A stretch of DNA of 32,000 nucleotides from Promethearchaeota archaeon (GTDB lineage: Archaea; Asgardarchaeota; Lokiarchaeia; Sigyniarchaeales; Promethearchaeaceae): NCBI GenBank assembly GCA_016933055.1, contig JAFGBS010000021.1:92842-124841 (forward strand), written 5' to 3'. Of this stretch, positions 25,902-32,000 are shown piece by piece; position 1 is the first letter of the stretch; each line of letters starts with the position of its first letter. Made by a program: the position numbers and the translations under genes. The notes beneath the pieces are model-generated. The model was not told where the DNA came from. It made no database searches and saw only the letters and a program-made list of their open reading frames with translations.

Positions 25902-26711
25902 ATGGTGTTCATAAAAAATTATAATTTCGTGAAGGACTTCACCTTGGGAAGAGAAGTTTTCAATCGAATCCTCTACCCCGTGCATTCCTATCTAATTGAC
26001 AATATTCTCATAGATTCAGGTCCAATGACCGCTGAGAAACACTTTTTACCACTGATTGAAAAAGAAAAAGATTCTATCGATTATATTATCAACACTCACT
26101 GTCATGAGGATCACATAGGAAATAATCTAACTATTCAGAAAATGACCGGAGCACAAATTTATATCCATCCTTTGGGACTTGATACTCTAACTTATCCAAA
26201 ATCGCTTGGTTTATATCCATATCAGAAATTTTTTTGGGGAACTCCCCCACCCTCGTCAGGTAACTCGATACCAAACACTGTAACCGGCAATCGTTTTATA
26301 TTCCAGATACTTCACACTCCTGGGCATTCAGAAGATCATATATGCATCTATGAACCCGATAATGGAATAATTTTTACCGGGGACTTGTATTGGGGACAAA
26401 AAATCATTTCATTTCGACCAATAGATGATTTTTATGCCATTAAACACTCCTTAGAGAAAATTAATCAACTGGATATTGATGCAATCTATTGCGGATTTCG
26501 CGGACGAGTAGAACATGGCAACAAGGCAATCACCCGAAAATTAAATTATATGGAAACATTGGAAAAAACTGTCAAAGCCCATGCCTTTCAAGGATATGAC
26601 GTTAAATCTATAGTCAAAAGAACTTTAGGACGTGAAAATTACATGAAATGGCTTACGAACGGGCAATTTTCGAAAGAAAATGTGATCTTATCCATTTTAT
26701 CTCAAGATTAA
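25902..26711 (+). CDS. MBL-fold metallo-hydrolase
   Basis: LIDSG, THCHEDHIG, HTPGHSEDH, FTGDLY. Confidence 0.9.
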   Translation: MVFIKNYNFVKDFTLGREVFNRILYPVHSYLIDNILIDSGPMTAEKHFLPLIEKEKDSIDYIINTHCHEDHIGNNLTIQKMTGAQIYIHPLGLDTLTYPKSLGLYPYQKFFWGTPPPSSGNSIPNTVTGNRFIFQILHTPGHSEDHICIYEPDNGIIFTGDLYWGQKIISFRPIDDFYAIKHSLEKINQLDIDAIYCGFRGRVEHGNKAITRKLNYMETLEKTVKAHAFQGYDVKSIVKRTLGRENYMKWLTNGQFSKENVILSILSQD

Positions 26712-26972
26712 CCAATTTTAAATCCACGCCCCTATTCGTAGGGACTACCCTAGAAGCCTATTTGAGAAACAATACAAATGAGTAAATTTTTACGTAGGGG
26801 TGCCTAGTACCCTTGACATTATATATTGGGTATCCCATGTGTTTTCCTGCGGTTATCCCATTTGGGTGGCTCTTTATCAAAGAATGAGACTAAATAAGGA
26901 ATAGTATGATAGATAGAGCCTAAACGAGCGTTTAGGATATGGGATAGATGAGGATTTGACAAATATTGATAT

Positions 26973-27260
26973 ATGAGCAAATATCAAGTTCCGTGTATGG
27001 AAAAAAATATTAAATATATCTTGAACCATCAAGTCAGGTAATACGAGCAAACCGCCTGTCCAGCCTAAACCGACACTTCAGTTTTTTCTCAAAAATCTCG
27101 GAATTCTAGAAAAGCTTAAGAAATCAAACGGAAGAAGATCAAAGAAAAACCCATTAAAATTGCATTCCATAAAGCAATTTTAGCCAAGAAACATAAAATA
27201 ACCACCATAGATTTGCTTCAAATTGTTTTGAAAGATCAAAACTCAGAGAAATTGAAGTAG
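26973..27260 (+). pseudogene. Frameshifted gene remnant, possibly a transposase N-terminus
   Basis: Three adjacent frames give MSKYQVPCMEK..., PTLQFFLKNLGILEKL and EIKRKKIKEKPIKIAFHKAILAKK...; no DDE residues visible. Confidence 0.25.
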
Positions 27261-27439
27261 AACTTATTTTCTTTAGAGGGATATTTTTTCTTCATATATT
27301 CTTCATTGAAACCAGTTTCAAATTTCTTGATTATTTTCTCTAGTTTTGCTTTCTCTTGAAAATCATCCTTATCTCGTGCTGTAATGCGAAGATCTTGAAG
27401 GAATCGTTCCATATATTCCTTATCAGAAATCATTCTCAT
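27236..27439 (-). CDS. Small hypothetical protein (67 aa, charged/helical)
   Basis: Protein-like composition; GAAGGA upstream; divergent from the beta-galactosidase gene. Confidence 0.5.
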   Translation of the reverse strand: MRMISDKEYMERFLQDLRITARDKDDFQEKAKLEKIIKKFETGFNEEYMKKKYPSKENKFYFNFSEF

Positions 27440-27441
27440 AG

Positions 27442-30678
<3,237 letters not shown>

Positions 30679-30848
30679 TCCTTATTGATTCTATGGTATT
30701 CCACATGGTTTTTTTTAAACTACGCCACAATTCTATTCCCTTATTCTTCTATCCTATCGGATAGATTCCCTTTGTGACGTTCGGAGGAGTGTTACGAAAT
30801 TTAACCTTTCACACGTTTACCTAATCACTAGATAGATCAGAATAGGTG

Positions 30849-31697
30849 TTAATTAATAAGAAATTTGAAAAATTTTGGCCAATTTTTCGGCGAAATTAAC
30901 ATACCGGGTGTTCTTTTAATATATTCTTCATAAGATTTGCCAAATCGAATTTTTAATTCCCTTTCTTCTACTAAAATATGGCGACAGAAATTGAGGTAGG
31001 TGATTATAGATAAAAGGATTGAATAGCCCGAAAAATGTGTTAGAAATCCCCCAATAGCCACCAATACCACTGCAAGATACATTGGATGCCGTACGATGGA
31101 ATAAATATCATGATCCACGATCTTTGCATCTTCTGGAAAATATACATAAACCATCGCAGCTGTATCTATTCCAAATTCTTCTACAGCACGATAAGCCGTT
31201 CTTAAGGCGATGAGAAAACAAATCCCACCCAATGTATATCTTATCCATACCCAATCCCAATTGGTAAACCACGAGTAGAACGGCTGACTAAGATAGTATC
31301 CTATTTGTCCTGATGGATAAAACAATGGAACATATCCAAATAGAATTCCTGCAAATACCATGGATATCCCAAAAAGAATGGTTTTAACTATTCTTTGATA
31401 TGCACGATTACCATATTTCTCTAGATAATCCTTTTTTTTATGGAACCCTAACTGAGCAATCAAAGTGCCAAAAAAGATGAAAATGATATTATTTAGAATT
31501 GGTACAATGAACAAGATTACCTTAAAAAGTTTTATTGGATATTGTAGCGTTAAGAATCGGATACTATAAAAAAATCCAATTTGCAGAAGGAAAAAAAGAA
31601 TCGCGAATCCTGGTAATCGCAGAAGGAGTAATTTAGATTGTTTTTCTGAATAATCCGGAAGATAATTGATGAATCTCTGTAATCCCGAAATTCGCAT
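30849..31697 (-). CDS. Isoprenylcysteine carboxylmethyltransferase/PEMT-family membrane methyltransferase
   Basis: Multiple TM segments; IYSIVRHPMYL and EERELKIRFGKSYEEYIKRTP. Confidence 0.85.
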   Translation of the reverse strand: MRISGLQRFINYLPDYSEKQSKLLLLRLPGFAILFFLLQIGFFYSIRFLTLQYPIKLFKVILFIVPILNNIIFIFFGTLIAQLGFHKKKDYLEKYGNRAYQRIVKTILFGISMVFAGILFGYVPLFYPSGQIGYYLSQPFYSWFTNWDWVWIRYTLGGICFLIALRTAYRAVEEFGIDTAAMVYVYFPEDAKIVDHDIYSIVRHPMYLAVVLVAIGGFLTHFSGYSILLSIITYLNFCRHILVEERELKIRFGKSYEEYIKRTPGMLISPKNWPKFFKFLIN

Positions 31698-32000
31698 ATA
31701 AAGTCAAATACGCTAAACCAAAAAAAAGTGTCTTTTCTTTTTTATAGTTACCGATTTTTTAAAGGCTCTTAATGTACCTTTTTTTTTATCTAGCAAAAAT
31801 TCACGGTAACCCATTCCCAAAAACTCTGCTAAAAAGCCTAAAATTCAACTTCAGTTGACTTTACTTCCTTTCCACGTTGTAGCACCGTATTCCGAATTTT
31901 AGGTTTTTTATCGTAGGTGTTCCTTTAACCCACGCTATGCGTGGTTATCCACGTGCGTTACCAATTTTTGAAATGGGACTATAGTTCTCGTTAAAAGGGC

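Overview
AT-rich, gene-dense chromosomal window. It is most likely from an Asgard archaeon (Lokiarchaeia-like); this is inferred from an IPGY-TM-basic Loki-CTERM-type tail, TATA-box promoters, oligo-T terminators, a DUF6293-type regulator and an AbrB-VapC pair. Left to right it encodes: a truncated ADP-ribosylglycohydrolase; a cold-shock protein; three tandem membrane-anchored S1B (V8/Mpr-like) serine protease-CARDB paralogues, each with its own conserved promoter; a membrane protein; a PUR-domain protein; a stand-alone 2-oxoacid dehydrogenase E2 catalytic domain; a Loki-CTERM-like surface protein; an RNase J-like beta-CASP nuclease; a WD40-like protein; a DUF6293/CARF-like HTH regulator; a zinc-ribbon TM2 protein; a scramblase/LURP-like protein; an SLC13/ArsB permease; a membrane-anchored zinc-finger protein; membrane proteins including a DUF1624/HGSNAT-like one; a CoA-transferase-GNAT fusion; a helical protein; VapBC; a PKD remnant; an MBL hydrolase; a GH2 beta-galactosidase; and an ICMT/PEMT-family methyltransferase. 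No rRNA, tRNA, CRISPR array or intact transposase was seen. The most striking unannotated signal is a duplicated ~190-240 bp cassette (6833-7021 and 10519-10707; 13 mismatches in 189 nt, no indels). It carries a conserved upstream region, a TATA-like box, a GGAGGT ribosome-binding site and a 22-aa micro-ORF (MNDYMMEKINEYKI[K/R]EN[R/Q]NRKW) that is too short for the ORF track. Each copy sits just after a gene for a C-terminally anchored surface protein. All family assignments are from motif recognition by eye; no database searches were run.
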